Shown: positions 20,822 to 30,711 of the stretch, piece after piece | Layout: each line of letters begins with the position of its first letter | How positions within the stretch are numbered: position 1 is the first letter of the stretch | NCBI GenBank assembly: GCA_903921205.1 | Contig: CAIXPF010000095.1 | Span: forward strand, 2,042-66,041 | Source: an uncultured Acidimicrobiia bacterium | Lineage (GTDB): Bacteria; Actinomycetota; Acidimicrobiia; Acidimicrobiales; CAIXPF01 | Direction of reading: 5' to 3' | Length of the DNA: 64,000 nt | Position numbers and translations under genes: made by a program | Notes under the pieces: model-generated | What the model was told of the DNA's origin: nothing | What the model saw: the letters and a program-made list of their open reading frames with translations, nothing else | Database searches by the model: none

Positions 20822-20925
20822 CACCGTCGCCGGCCTGCGCACCCCCGCTCGGTCGTACCGGCCCACCGACCCCCGCCCGGTCGCACCGCTACGGTGGTCG
20901 CCGACCGCCCCGGCCCGGAGCACCC

Positions 20926-21840
20926 ATGACCGATTCCGTTCCCGCACCCCTTGCCACCCGGGCGCCCGCCCGGCGTTGGGCCTTCGCCAACCCGTTGGAG
21001 ATCGCCCTGGTCGAATGGGGCCCGGCCGACGGCCCCCCACTGATCCTGGTGCACGGCGGGGGCGACTTCGCCCGCAACTTCGACGGCTTCGCCCCGCTGC
21101 TGGCCGATGCCGGCTGGCGGGTGGTGGCCTGGGACCAACGCGGCCACGGCGACTCGGCCCGGGCCGAGCTGTACGGCTGGTCCGCGGAGTTGCGCGACCT
21201 CGTCGGGGTCCTGCGGGCGGTGCCGGGTGGCCCCCACCCGGTGATCGGCCATTCCAAGGGCGGGGTCCTGGCCCTCGACGTCGCTGCGGCCCGGCCCGAC
21301 CTCGTGCGCGCCGTCGTGGCGGTCGACGGCTTCATCCGCCGGGTCTATCCCCCACGGCCGCCGGAGGAGACCGCCGAACGCTGGCTCGACCTGCAGCGAT
21401 CGGGGCGTACCGCCCGCGCCGGCACCACCGCCGAGCTCGCCGAGGGTCGCCAGGCCGCCAACCCCCGCCTCGATCGGGCCTGGATCGACTACCTGGTCGA
21501 ACTCGGCGCGACCCCCGACGCCGACGGACGCTGGAGCTGGAAGATCGACCCGGCAGCCTTCCCGCTCCCACCACATGCCGTGACCCTCGAGGCCGGCCTG
21601 CAACGGTTGGCGAGGGTGCGCTGCCCCCTGCTGGCTCTCAAGGCCGGCATCGAGGAAGCGATCGCCGGGCAGCCCTCCGCCGAGCTGCTGCGCGACCACC
21701 TGCCGCCGCTGGGCCGCCTCGAGGTCCTCGACGGGCTCGGCCACTTCGCCCACGTCGAGGACCCGCAGCGCATCGCCGCGCTCGCGCTGTCGTTCCTCGA
21801 CGACGTCCTCGATGACGACCCCGACCCCGACCGCGACTGA
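20926..21840 (+). CDS. Alpha/beta hydrolase
   Basis: LVHG, DQRGHGDS, GHSKGG, GHFAHVE. Confidence 0.88.
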   Translation: MTDSVPAPLATRAPARRWAFANPLEIALVEWGPADGPPLILVHGGGDFARNFDGFAPLLADAGWRVVAWDQRGHGDSARAELYGWSAELRDLVGVLRAVPGGPHPVIGHSKGGVLALDVAAARPDLVRAVVAVDGFIRRVYPPRPPEETAERWLDLQRSGRTARAGTTAELAEGRQAANPRLDRAWIDYLVELGATPDADGRWSWKIDPAAFPLPPHAVTLEAGLQRLARVRCPLLALKAGIEEAIAGQPSAELLRDHLPPLGRLEVLDGLGHFAHVEDPQRIAALALSFLDDVLDDDPDPDRD

Positions 21841-21843
21841 CCG

Positions 21844-22860
21844 GTGGCCCCCCGAAACCTGACCCGGTACGGGTGGTACGCCGTTGCCGCGGCCCTCGCC
21901 ACCATGGCGCTGAAGTTCGGCGCCTGGGCGTTGACCGGCTCGGTCGGGTTGCTGTCCGACGCCCTCGAGTCCACCGTCAACCTCGCAGCCGGCATCCTCA
22001 TGCTGCTGGCGCTACGGGTCTCGGCCCAGCCCCCGGACGATACCCACCAGTACGGGCACGAGAAGGCCGAGTACCTCTCGGCCGCCGCCGAGGGCCTGAT
22101 GATCATCGTCGCTGCGGCGCTGATCGTGTGGACCGCAGTCGACCGGCTGCTGCATCCCCGTCCACTGGAGCAGATGACCGTCGGCCTGACCATCAGCACC
22201 TCCGCCGCGATCGTCAACCTGGTGGTCGGACTGTGGTTCGTCCGGCTCGGCCGCCGCAACCATTCCCGGGCGCTGGAGGCCGACGGCCGGCACCTCCTGA
22301 CCGACGTCGTCACCTCGGCGGGGGTCGTGGTCGGCCTCGGGCTCGCCACGCTGACGGGCTGGGAACGGCTCGACCCGCTGGTGGCGATGACGGTCGGGGT
22401 CAACATCGTGGTCACCGGCGGTCGGGTGCTGTGGGGATCGGTCAGCGGCCTCATGGACCCGACGCTGCCACCCGAGGAGCAGGCCACCCTCGATGCAGTG
22501 CTGGCCGGCTACGCCGAGCGGGGCGTGGCATTTCATGCGGTACGGAGCCGCCAGTCCGGCCACCGTCGATTCGTCTCGCTCCACGTCCTGGTCCCGGGGG
22601 CATGGTCGGTCAGCCGGGCGCACGGCGTCGTCGAGCAGCTCGAGGCCGACATCCGCACCGCGCTCGCCCACCTCGATGCCCTCACCGTGTTCACCCATCT
22701 CGAACCACTCGAGGACCCGCGCTCCTACCGCGATGCCCACCTCGACCGCGAACCACCTCCAGCCGGGCCGCGCGGGCTGACCGGACCGACCGGACCCGAA
22801 CCTGCACCGCCAAGCGCTGCGCCCGCCGAAGCTGCCGAGCACCGGGAAGGGCCCCGATGA
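21844..22860 (+). CDS. Cation diffusion facilitator transporter
   Basis: GSVGLLSDALES, HQYGHEKAEY, ADGRHLLTD, THLEP. Confidence 0.92.
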   Translation: MAPRNLTRYGWYAVAAALATMALKFGAWALTGSVGLLSDALESTVNLAAGILMLLALRVSAQPPDDTHQYGHEKAEYLSAAAEGLMIIVAAALIVWTAVDRLLHPRPLEQMTVGLTISTSAAIVNLVVGLWFVRLGRRNHSRALEADGRHLLTDVVTSAGVVVGLGLATLTGWERLDPLVAMTVGVNIVVTGGRVLWGSVSGLMDPTLPPEEQATLDAVLAGYAERGVAFHAVRSRQSGHRRFVSLHVLVPGAWSVSRAHGVVEQLEADIRTALAHLDALTVFTHLEPLEDPRSYRDAHLDREPPPAGPRGLTGPTGPEPAPPSAAPAEAAEHREGPR

Positions 22861-23768
22861 GCGCAGAGGCCCCGGCATGGTTCACCCAGCAATGTGCCGT
22901 CGTGCCCGACGAGGGCACGATCGACGTCGACGGGTGCGCCATCCGCTGGCTGCGCTGGGGAGATCCAGCCGCGCCACCGCTGGTCCTGGTGCACGGCGGC
23001 GCCGCCAGCGCCCGGTGGTGGGTGCCGCTGGCCCCGTTCCTCACCACCGACCGCTGCGTCATCGCCCCCGACCTGTCCGGCATGGGCGACTCCGGCTGGC
23101 GTACCACCGGGTACCGTACCGAGCAGTGGGCCGACGAGGTCCTGGCCTGTGTCGGCGAGGCCAGCCGCAGCGCCGAGCGACCGGTCCTGGTGGGCCACAG
23201 CCTCGGCGGCTCGGTGGTGGCGGTGGCCGCCGTGCGCCGGCCGGACGCCGTGCGCGGGGTGGTGCTCTGCGACACCGGGGTCAGCCGTTCCACCCGCACC
23301 GGACGATCGGCGCGCCACTTCCGCAACCGGTTGACCTATCGGGACGCAGCCGAGGCCGTCGCCCGCTTCAAGCTGATCCCGCGTCAGGACTGCGCCAACG
23401 CCTGGATGGTGCAGCACATCGCCCGGACCTCGATCCGGCCGGTGGGGCCCGGTGGCCCCGACGACCCGACCCGTCCCGACGACGACGCCGCGGTCGCCTG
23501 GACCTGGAAGTTCGACTGGCGGTTGTTCGCCCGCAGCTACGAGAAGCCCTTCGCGGCGTACCTCGAGCAGCTCGGTGCCCTGGAGCTGCCGGTGGCCTGC
23601 ATCTTCGGCGAGCGCAGCCGGGTGGTCACCGCCGAGGTCGCCGAGCGCATCGCCGCCCACCTCGGTCCCCGTCCGACCGTCTGGATCCCCGACGCCGCCC
23701 ACCACCTCATGGCCGACCAGCCCATCGCCTTCGTCACCGCACTACGGGCCGTACTGCTCGGCATGTAG
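22857..23768 (+). CDS. Alpha/beta hydrolase
   Basis: LVHGG, DLSGMGDS, GHSLGG, HHLMADQP; ATGA overlap with the CDF gene. Confidence 0.88.
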   Translation: MSAEAPAWFTQQCAVVPDEGTIDVDGCAIRWLRWGDPAAPPLVLVHGGAASARWWVPLAPFLTTDRCVIAPDLSGMGDSGWRTTGYRTEQWADEVLACVGEASRSAERPVLVGHSLGGSVVAVAAVRRPDAVRGVVLCDTGVSRSTRTGRSARHFRNRLTYRDAAEAVARFKLIPRQDCANAWMVQHIARTSIRPVGPGGPDDPTRPDDDAAVAWTWKFDWRLFARSYEKPFAAYLEQLGALELPVACIFGERSRVVTAEVAERIAAHLGPRPTVWIPDAAHHLMADQPIAFVTALRAVLLGM

Positions 23769-23783
23769 ACCGTCCGTACGGCC

Positions 23784-26195
23784 TCACCCCGTCGGGAGCG
23801 GCGCCGACCCGGCCCGATCCGACGGATCGAGCACATCGAGCACATCGAGCACGTCGGCGTCGGACAACGAAGCGCGCACGTCGATGTCGACCCGGACCGC
23901 CACATCCGGACAGAAGCCCCGCACCGCCGCCGACAGCGCCTCGTGCAGCCGGGCCGCCACCTCGCCCGCACGCTCGGCGGGGCACTCGAGCACCACCGAG
24001 TCGTGCACCGTCTGGGCGGGCCACACCTCGTCGTCATCGGCCAGCCACTGCCACAGCAGCGCGAATGCCACCAGCATGGCGTCGGCCACGCCGCCCTGGA
24101 TGGGCGCATTGCGATGGGCGTTGCCGAGCACGGCGATCCGGTCCGACAACGTCCGCTCGAGCAGTCGGTCACGCTCGGCACGTCCCAGCCGCGACTCGAC
24201 CCGTTGCACCATGGCCAGCCGCAGCGGCCGGTCGTCGAAGCGTCGGTGCAGTTCGCCGTCGGACAGCGCGGCGCCGTCGTCGGACAGCCGGACACCGTGG
24301 TCGGCCGCGACCTCCTCGCGTACGGCCACCCAGGCGGCGTCGCGCCGCTGGGAGGCGCGGACCGCGGCCGAGCGCAGCACCCCCCACATGCCGATGTCGA
24401 AGATCCGCCGGCGGCCGGCCAGTGTCCGGGTCTCCCAGCCGATGGCCGCGCCGTCGGTCCCCAGCACGACGGCATCCTCGAAGCGGGCCAACCAGCGCAG
24501 CCGCTCGGCATCACCGAGGTCCGGCCGGTCGGCGAGTTCCTCGGCGGTGGGGGCCCGGCCGTGCAGGGCGCGGACCTCACGACGGAAGGACCGCAGGCGA
24601 TCGAAGCCGACCAGGAGCTCCAGGCTGGTGTCCCAGTCGGCTGCAGGCGGGTTGGCCGCGAGCTGATCGACGACGCGGTCGTGGCCGCGCAACCAGCCGG
24701 CCACGCCGGGGTAAGCCGTGAGGTACGCATCGAGCAGGCGTTGCGCAGCCTCGACGGTCACCTCCTGCTCGGCGTTGCTGAGGCTGCGCGCCAGGGAACG
24801 GGCACCGAGCCCGTAGAGGATCCCGAAGTTGATGGCCTTGGCCCGCGCCCGCAACAGACCATACCGTTTGGTATCCACATCGCGCAGTGCGTCGACATCC
24901 TCGCCGAACATCGCGCTGGCGGTGGCCACATGCACATCGCCACCACCCGCGAGCGCAGCCTGCAACGCGACATCGCCGGACACCTGGGCCATCCATCGCA
25001 GCTCGGCCTGGGAGAGATCGGCGTACACCAGGACCCGTCCCGCAGCCGGCCGGACGAACGGCTTGGTCTCCGGCGCCAGGTTCTGGGCGTTGGGGAACCG
25101 GCTGGCCAGCCGGCCGGTCGACGTGCCCACGATCTGCAGGTACTGGGGTCGGATACGACCGTCGTCGGCCACATGGTCGAGCAGGGCCTCGCCGTAGGTC
25201 GACACCAGCTTGGCGTGACGGCGGTAGCGCAGCAGCGCCTCGGCCAGCTCGCCGCCGATCTCGCCGAGCACCGCAGCGGTCAGCGGATCGTGGGGACCGA
25301 GCAGACGCGCAGCTCCACCGGCTCGCTGGAAGTAGGTGCGGACCTCCCGCTCGGCATGGCGGTTGAGCGCCGCCTTGGCCTGGGGCTCCGATGCCGGGTT
25401 CCACGTCGGTTCGACCTCGACGGAGAACAGGTTCCCCTGGCCCCCACCGGTCAGCTCGGCCAGCTCGCTCTCGCTGCGGCGCAGCGCCGACTCCTGGTCG
25501 GCCAGGAAGTGCCGGTAGCCGTCCCGGTCGAAGGGGAACCCGCAACGGGTCAGCCGGTCGAGGAACGGGCGAGCCGCCATCTCCAGCTCCGCCGCGCCGA
25601 CCAGACCTGCTCGCCCGAGGCGTTCGTTCAGCTCGTCGGCCACCCACAGGGTCACCACGGCATCGGCCCCGGCATAGCGCACCTGCTCGTCGGTGAGGTC
25701 GGTGTGCAGGTCGTAGCTCAGCTGGGTGGTGCCCTTGCCGTCGATCTCGATGCGCAGGTACCGCCGCGCCGCCCACGCCAGGCCGTGGTAGAAGGCGAAG
25801 CCGCTGCGTCCCTGGTGGAGCAGGGCATCGGCGAACATGGCGTCCCACCAGCGCAGCCGCGCCGAGGGCGCCACCCCGGCCGGCTCGAACACCGCGGTAT
25901 CGACCACCCCGGCGTCGAACGAGGCGTTCCACGCGGCCGCCCGCCGGCCCGACAGCAGCGGGGCCAGCTCGGCCGGGTCGAGGTCGCGGGCGTCGATCAC
26001 CCACGCCGCCTCGTGGCCGGCCTGGTCACGGGTGGCGGCGGACAGCACCCGCATCGAGCCGGTGCCGATGTGGGTCTCGGTGTCGACGGCGAGCGCCACC
26101 GCGTCCTGCAGCGCCGCCGCGAACGCCGGGAGCTCGCTGCGACGGGAGATCCGCTGCAGCGGGACCGATTCCGGCTGTCGCGCCCGGTGCTGCAC
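23784..26195 (-). CDS. Family A DNA polymerase with 3'-5' exonuclease and no 5'-3' nuclease (atypical PolA)
   Basis: Exonuclease motifs DTET, NASFD, YAGAD. Polymerase motifs TSTGRLAS, YADLSQAELR, RARAKAINFGILYG, NAPIQG, VHDS. Confidence 0.9.
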   Translation of the reverse strand: MQHRARQPESVPLQRISRRSELPAFAAALQDAVALAVDTETHIGTGSMRVLSAATRDQAGHEAAWVIDARDLDPAELAPLLSGRRAAAWNASFDAGVVDTAVFEPAGVAPSARLRWWDAMFADALLHQGRSGFAFYHGLAWAARRYLRIEIDGKGTTQLSYDLHTDLTDEQVRYAGADAVVTLWVADELNERLGRAGLVGAAELEMAARPFLDRLTRCGFPFDRDGYRHFLADQESALRRSESELAELTGGGQGNLFSVEVEPTWNPASEPQAKAALNRHAEREVRTYFQRAGGAARLLGPHDPLTAAVLGEIGGELAEALLRYRRHAKLVSTYGEALLDHVADDGRIRPQYLQIVGTSTGRLASRFPNAQNLAPETKPFVRPAAGRVLVYADLSQAELRWMAQVSGDVALQAALAGGGDVHVATASAMFGEDVDALRDVDTKRYGLLRARAKAINFGILYGLGARSLARSLSNAEQEVTVEAAQRLLDAYLTAYPGVAGWLRGHDRVVDQLAANPPAADWDTSLELLVGFDRLRSFRREVRALHGRAPTAEELADRPDLGDAERLRWLARFEDAVVLGTDGAAIGWETRTLAGRRRIFDIGMWGVLRSAAVRASQRRDAAWVAVREEVAADHGVRLSDDGAALSDGELHRRFDDRPLRLAMVQRVESRLGRAERDRLLERTLSDRIAVLGNAHRNAPIQGGVADAMLVAFALLWQWLADDDEVWPAQTVHDSVVLECPAERAGEVAARLHEALSAAVRGFCPDVAVRVDIDVRASLSDADVLDVLDVLDPSDRAGSAPLPTG

Positions 26196-26196
26196 G

Positions 26197-27477
26197 TCAG
26201 TCGGCGCCGGCGGCGAGCAGCGGCCGGTGCGCGCCTGCCACGGCGTCGAGGGCCGAGCGGAACCGCTCGATCGCATCCTGCAGCAGCGCGTCGTCGAGCA
26301 CGGTGGACAGTGCGATCAATCCCCGTCCGGCGAAGAACAAGCCTGCGTTCAGCGCGGCGAGGTGGAACGACGTAGCCAGGTCGTGGTCGACCCGGACCTG
26401 GTTGGCCTCCGGGGGCACGGCGCTGAAGAAGCACTGCAGCAGGCTGCCCGACCGACGCGTACTGAAGGGTATGGCAAGCCGCGCGGCATGCTCGACGAGG
26501 GCGTCGTCGAGCCGTTGTGCCCGAACCGCCATGGCGTCGATGCGTTCGGCGGTCAGCTCGCGCAGCGACACCAGCCCCGCCGCTGCGGTCACCGGGTTGC
26601 CGTTGAAGGTGCCGGAATGGACCAGCCGGGGTGCGGGAGGGACGGTGACCGCCAGGTACTCGGCCCGGCCGCCGACCGCCCCGACGGGCAGGCCACCGCC
26701 GATGATCTTGCCCATGGCGGTGAGGTCGGGCTCGACGCCGTGCAACCGCTGGGCACCGCCGGTGGACAGCCGCAGGGTGATCACCTCGTCGAGCACGAAG
26801 AGTGCCCCGGCGGCGCGGGTGGCCTCGGCAATAGCGGCGAGCGCCCCGGGCGGCGCAGCCGACAGCCCTGCGGAGCCCATCACCGGCTCGAGGATCACGG
26901 CGGCCACCTCGTGGCCGTGCCGGTCGAGCAACCGCTCGAAGTCCGCGACGTCGCCATGACGGGCGAGCACCGTCTCGGGGCCGTCGTGGCCCAGGAAGCC
27001 GACCTCGAACTCCTCGAGCGAGCCGTGGTAGCCGTAACGGGCCATGGCCACCTTGCGGCGGCCGGTGACGGCGCGGGCGAGGTAGGCGCACAGCATCGTG
27101 GCCTCGGTCCCCGAGTTGCACAGACGCACCTGTTCGACCGAATCGACCCGCTCGCACAAGGCTTCCGCGAGCTCGAGCTGCTGGTCGTTGCGGGCCGGCC
27201 ATGCCGTGCCCCGAGCCGCCTGCCGCTGCACCGCCTCGACGATCGGCGGGTAGGCGTTGCCGTGCACCAGGGACGTGTAGTTGCCCAGCAGGTCGAGGTA
27301 GCGGTTGCCGTCCACGTCGAACAGGTACGGCCCCTCGCCGCGCTCCATGGTCAACGGGTAGGGCGGGTGATACGTGGTGGTGCGGGTGTCGCCACCGGGC
27401 ATGACCGCCAGGGCCCGCCGGTGCCGGCTCGCCGAGCCGGGGGTACGGGCCGTGAACGCCGCGAGGATCTCGCTCAT
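26197..27477 (-). CDS. Class III PLP aminotransferase (glutamate-1-semialdehyde aminomutase-like)
   Basis: DVDGNRYLD, NSGTEA, DEVIT.R, GKIIGGGLPVGA, HSGTFNGNP. Confidence 0.88.
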   Translation of the reverse strand: MSEILAAFTARTPGSASRHRRALAVMPGGDTRTTTYHPPYPLTMERGEGPYLFDVDGNRYLDLLGNYTSLVHGNAYPPIVEAVQRQAARGTAWPARNDQQLELAEALCERVDSVEQVRLCNSGTEATMLCAYLARAVTGRRKVAMARYGYHGSLEEFEVGFLGHDGPETVLARHGDVADFERLLDRHGHEVAAVILEPVMGSAGLSAAPPGALAAIAEATRAAGALFVLDEVITLRLSTGGAQRLHGVEPDLTAMGKIIGGGLPVGAVGGRAEYLAVTVPPAPRLVHSGTFNGNPVTAAAGLVSLRELTAERIDAMAVRAQRLDDALVEHAARLAIPFSTRRSGSLLQCFFSAVPPEANQVRVDHDLATSFHLAALNAGLFFAGRGLIALSTVLDDALLQDAIERFRSALDAVAGAHRPLLAAGAD

Positions 27478-27531
27478 GGCGGGAGGCTATCCGAGCCTCC
27501 GTGGCCGGTGACGGCGTGGGAGACTGTGCCG

Positions 27532-28695
27532 ATGACGGCACGAAGCGAGCATGTGGCCTCCTGGGTGAGTCGGCTGGTGCAGATTCCCAGCGTCAACCCG
27601 CTGCACGCCGGTCCCCGGGCCGGTGTGCTCGGCGAGACCCGGTTGGCCGAGGCACTCGCCGGGTTCTTCACCGAGCTCGGCGCCGACTCGGTCGAGCTGG
27701 TCGAGGTGTTCGAGGGCCGGCCCAACGTGTACGGCATCTGGGAAGGCACGGGCGACCGGTGGGTGGTGCTCGACGTGCACACCGACACCGTCACCGTCGA
27801 GCACTGCGAGGGCGATCCCTTCGACGGCCGGATCGCCGACGGACGGGTCTACGGGCGGGGCTCGGTCGACACCAAGGCCTCGCTCGGGGTGATGATGGCG
27901 GTGCTCGAGCAGGCCCGCGCTGCCGGGCACCGCATCGAGCCCAACCTGGTGGTCGTGGGCTCGATCTCCGAGGAGGCCGGCGGGCTGCTCGGTGCGGTCG
28001 GCTTCCGCGAATGGGCCGAGGCCCGGGGGCTGCGACCCGACGAGGTGATCGTGGCCGAGCCGACCATGTGCGCCCCGATCCACGGCCACAAGGGCGGGGT
28101 CTCGCTCGACATCGCCGTCAAGGGCCTCGCCGCGCACTCGGCCAACCCGCATCTCGGGCGCAACGCCATCACCGCTGCGGCCAAGCTGATCCTGGCGCTC
28201 GAGGCCGAGCACCATCGCCTGCAGGCCCTCGTCCCCACCACCGCGGTCGGCAACGGCACGCTGACGGTGGCCATGATCAACGGCGGCACCGGGGGCAACA
28301 TCGTGCCCGACGCCTGCACGGTGACCGTGGGCCGCCGCATCGTGCCCGGCGAGGACAACGAGGTGGTGGCCGACGAGCTGATGGCACTGGTGGAACGGGC
28401 CTGTCCGCTGCCGGTCGAGATCACCCGCGCCTATCTCGGCTCGCCGGCGTTCTACCAGCCACCGGACTCGCCCTTCGTCCAGCAGCTCGCCGCATGGGCG
28501 GGCACCGCACCCGAGGTGGCGGCCTACGGCACCAACGCCCTGCGCTACGACGGCTTCGCCGAACAGATGGTGGTGTTCGGCCCCGGCTCGATCGACAACG
28601 CCCACACCGCGGTCGAGTACGTGGAGATCGAGCAGCTCGAACGCTGTGCCGAGGTGTTCGCCCGCTGGCTGGGCCTGCCCGCTACCGGCGGCTGA
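27532..28695 (+). CDS. M20/ArgE/DapE-family metallo-amidohydrolase
   Basis: HTDTV, YGRGSVDTK, EEAG, VAEPT, GPGSI..AH...E. Confidence 0.9.
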   Translation: MTARSEHVASWVSRLVQIPSVNPLHAGPRAGVLGETRLAEALAGFFTELGADSVELVEVFEGRPNVYGIWEGTGDRWVVLDVHTDTVTVEHCEGDPFDGRIADGRVYGRGSVDTKASLGVMMAVLEQARAAGHRIEPNLVVVGSISEEAGGLLGAVGFREWAEARGLRPDEVIVAEPTMCAPIHGHKGGVSLDIAVKGLAAHSANPHLGRNAITAAAKLILALEAEHHRLQALVPTTAVGNGTLTVAMINGGTGGNIVPDACTVTVGRRIVPGEDNEVVADELMALVERACPLPVEITRAYLGSPAFYQPPDSPFVQQLAAWAGTAPEVAAYGTNALRYDGFAEQMVVFGPGSIDNAHTAVEYVEIEQLERCAEVFARWLGLPATGG

Positions 28696-28730
28696 CCGAC
28701 CGCCGGGCAGCGGCACGTATCCTCGTGCCC

Positions 28731-29609
28731 GTGCAGCACGTCAGCCTGGTGGTACTCGCAGCGGGCCTCGGTTCGCGTTTCGGTGGGACGAAGCAGCTCG
28801 CGGCGGTCGGACCGTCGGGCGAGGCGATCCTGGACTACACCATCAACGATGCCGGACAGGCCGGGTTCGACCGGCTGGTGCTGGTGATCCGCCACGAGCT
28901 GACCGCCCTCGTCGTCGACCATCTCCGTACCGTGCACGGCGACGGACTGGACTACCGGCTGGTCTACCAGGACGACTTCGGGCCCTCGCGAGCCAAACCG
29001 TGGGGCACCGGCCATGCCGTGCTCGCGGCGCACGAGGCCGTCACCGGCCCCTTCGCGGTCGTCAATGCAGACGACTTCTACGGCCGTCGAGCGTTCGAGC
29101 AACTGGCCCGGGCGTTGCGTGGCGACGCCGCCCCGACCCACCATCACCTGGTGGCCTACCGGCTGGCCGAGACCCTCTCGGCATCGGGCACGGTCTCACG
29201 CGGGGTGTGCACGGCGCGCGCCACGGGCGAGTTGGTCTCCATCGTCGAGAACCTGGCGATCGCCCGCGACGAGCACGGCGAGATCGTCTCGCTCGAGACC
29301 GGCCGTCGCTTCGACGCCGACACACCGGTGTCGATGAACCTGTGGGGCCTGCGCCCATCGATCCTCGAGGAGTTGCACCGGGCCTGGTCGGCGTTCTCGG
29401 CGGCGCACGGTGCCGAGAACGCCGACCAGGCCGAGTTCCAGCTCCCGACGGTGATCGACGCCGCGGTGGCGGCCGGACGGGCCAGCGTCGGGGTCGAGCT
29501 CACCGACTCACCGTGGATGGGCGTCACCTACCCCGACGACCTGGCGGACGTGCAGGCACGCATCGGCGACCTGGTCGCGGCCGGCGAGTACCCCTCACCG
29601 CTGCGCTGA
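28731..29609 (+). CDS. Nucleotidyltransferase (NTP_transferase domain)
   Basis: LAAGLGSRFGG.KQL, KPWGTGHA, NADDFYG, WMGVTY. Confidence 0.88.
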   Translation: MQHVSLVVLAAGLGSRFGGTKQLAAVGPSGEAILDYTINDAGQAGFDRLVLVIRHELTALVVDHLRTVHGDGLDYRLVYQDDFGPSRAKPWGTGHAVLAAHEAVTGPFAVVNADDFYGRRAFEQLARALRGDAAPTHHHLVAYRLAETLSASGTVSRGVCTARATGELVSIVENLAIARDEHGEIVSLETGRRFDADTPVSMNLWGLRPSILEELHRAWSAFSAAHGAENADQAEFQLPTVIDAAVAAGRASVGVELTDSPWMGVTYPDDLADVQARIGDLVAAGEYPSPLR

Positions 29610-29652
29610 GCCGGCGGGCGCCGCAGGAAACGGCGCAGCGCGCCCTCCCCGG

Positions 29653-30030
<378 letters not shown>

Positions 30031-30060
30031 TCAGCTGAACGGGGTCACGGACAACGGCGA

Positions 30061-30579
30061 TCAATCCGCCAGGCCGGCCACCCGGCTCATCGGTACGGAC
30101 GGTTCGAGGAGGTAGCCCCGCGAACGAATCGTGCGGATGGACAGCCCGAGCGGTTCGACCCGGCGGCGCAGTCGCAGGATGTGGACGTCGAGGGCGTTAC
30201 GGCCGGGGCTCTCACCGGGCCAACCGGCGACGGTGAGATCGTCGCGACGCACGACGCCCTTGAACGAGGCCACCAGGACCGCAGCCAGCCGGGCCTCGAG
30301 CGGGGGCAGGCTCACCTGGTCCCCGGAGAAGCGCAACACGCCCCACTGGTCCAGACGTGGGGTCAGCAGCCCGGCGTCGCGACCACGGGCGGTCAGCGCA
30401 TCGATCCGGGCCTGGAGGTCGTTACGGTCGACGGGGAGCCGGACCCAGTCCTCGAGCGGGTCGACCGCCACCGGCGCCGGCGACTCCGGCTCGACCAGCA
30501 GCAACCTGGGCAGGCGCGCCTCGACCAGCTGATCACGACGTTGCCGCTGTGAAGGCCAGCGGACCAGCTCTACATCCAT
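30061..30579 (-). CDS. OmpR-type winged-helix regulator with truncated/degenerate receiver
   Basis: C-terminal NALDVHILRLRRR..PLGL.IRTIRSRGY. The ~65-aa N-terminus lacks the receiver phospho-Asp region. Confidence 0.82.
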   Translation of the reverse strand: MDVELVRWPSQRQRRDQLVEARLPRLLLVEPESPAPVAVDPLEDWVRLPVDRNDLQARIDALTARGRDAGLLTPRLDQWGVLRFSGDQVSLPPLEARLAAVLVASFKGVVRRDDLTVAGWPGESPGRNALDVHILRLRRRVEPLGLSIRTIRSRGYLLEPSVPMSRVAGLAD

Positions 30580-30603
30580 CGGCGGTCACGGTACGGGCGC
30601 GAC

Positions 30604-30630
30604 GTTTCCTGCCTGTTTCGTCCAGATGAA
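30604..30630 (-). promoter_or_regulatory. GlnR-like 11-bp direct repeats TTCAT-N6-GAAAC-N6-GAAAC
   Basis: Read on the minus strand just upstream of the -10 TACCGT (30588-30593) of the wHTH gene. Confidence 0.55.
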
Positions 30631-30675
30631 CACGCCGCCGTCGGGCTGCGACCCCGGCCACCCGGGCACGGCACG

Positions 30676-30691
30676 GTCACGGCACGGTCAC
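30676..30691 (+). promoter_or_regulatory. GlnR-like box GTCAC-N6-GTCAC
   Basis: 11-bp tandem repeat 20 nt upstream of the ggt start; could also be a simple duplication. Confidence 0.4.
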
Positions 30692-30711
30692 GGTGTGCAA
30701 GGCTCGCCGCC

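Noticed and set aside
23784-26195. Prophage origin of the DNA polymerase
   Set aside because: No phage, integrase or helicase/primase genes are nearby, and codon style matches the flanking host genes.
25837-28695. 952-aa ORF suggesting a fusion to the M20 hydrolase
   Set aside because: The N-terminal part is antisense to the aminotransferase and polymerase genes; the likely start is ATG 27532.
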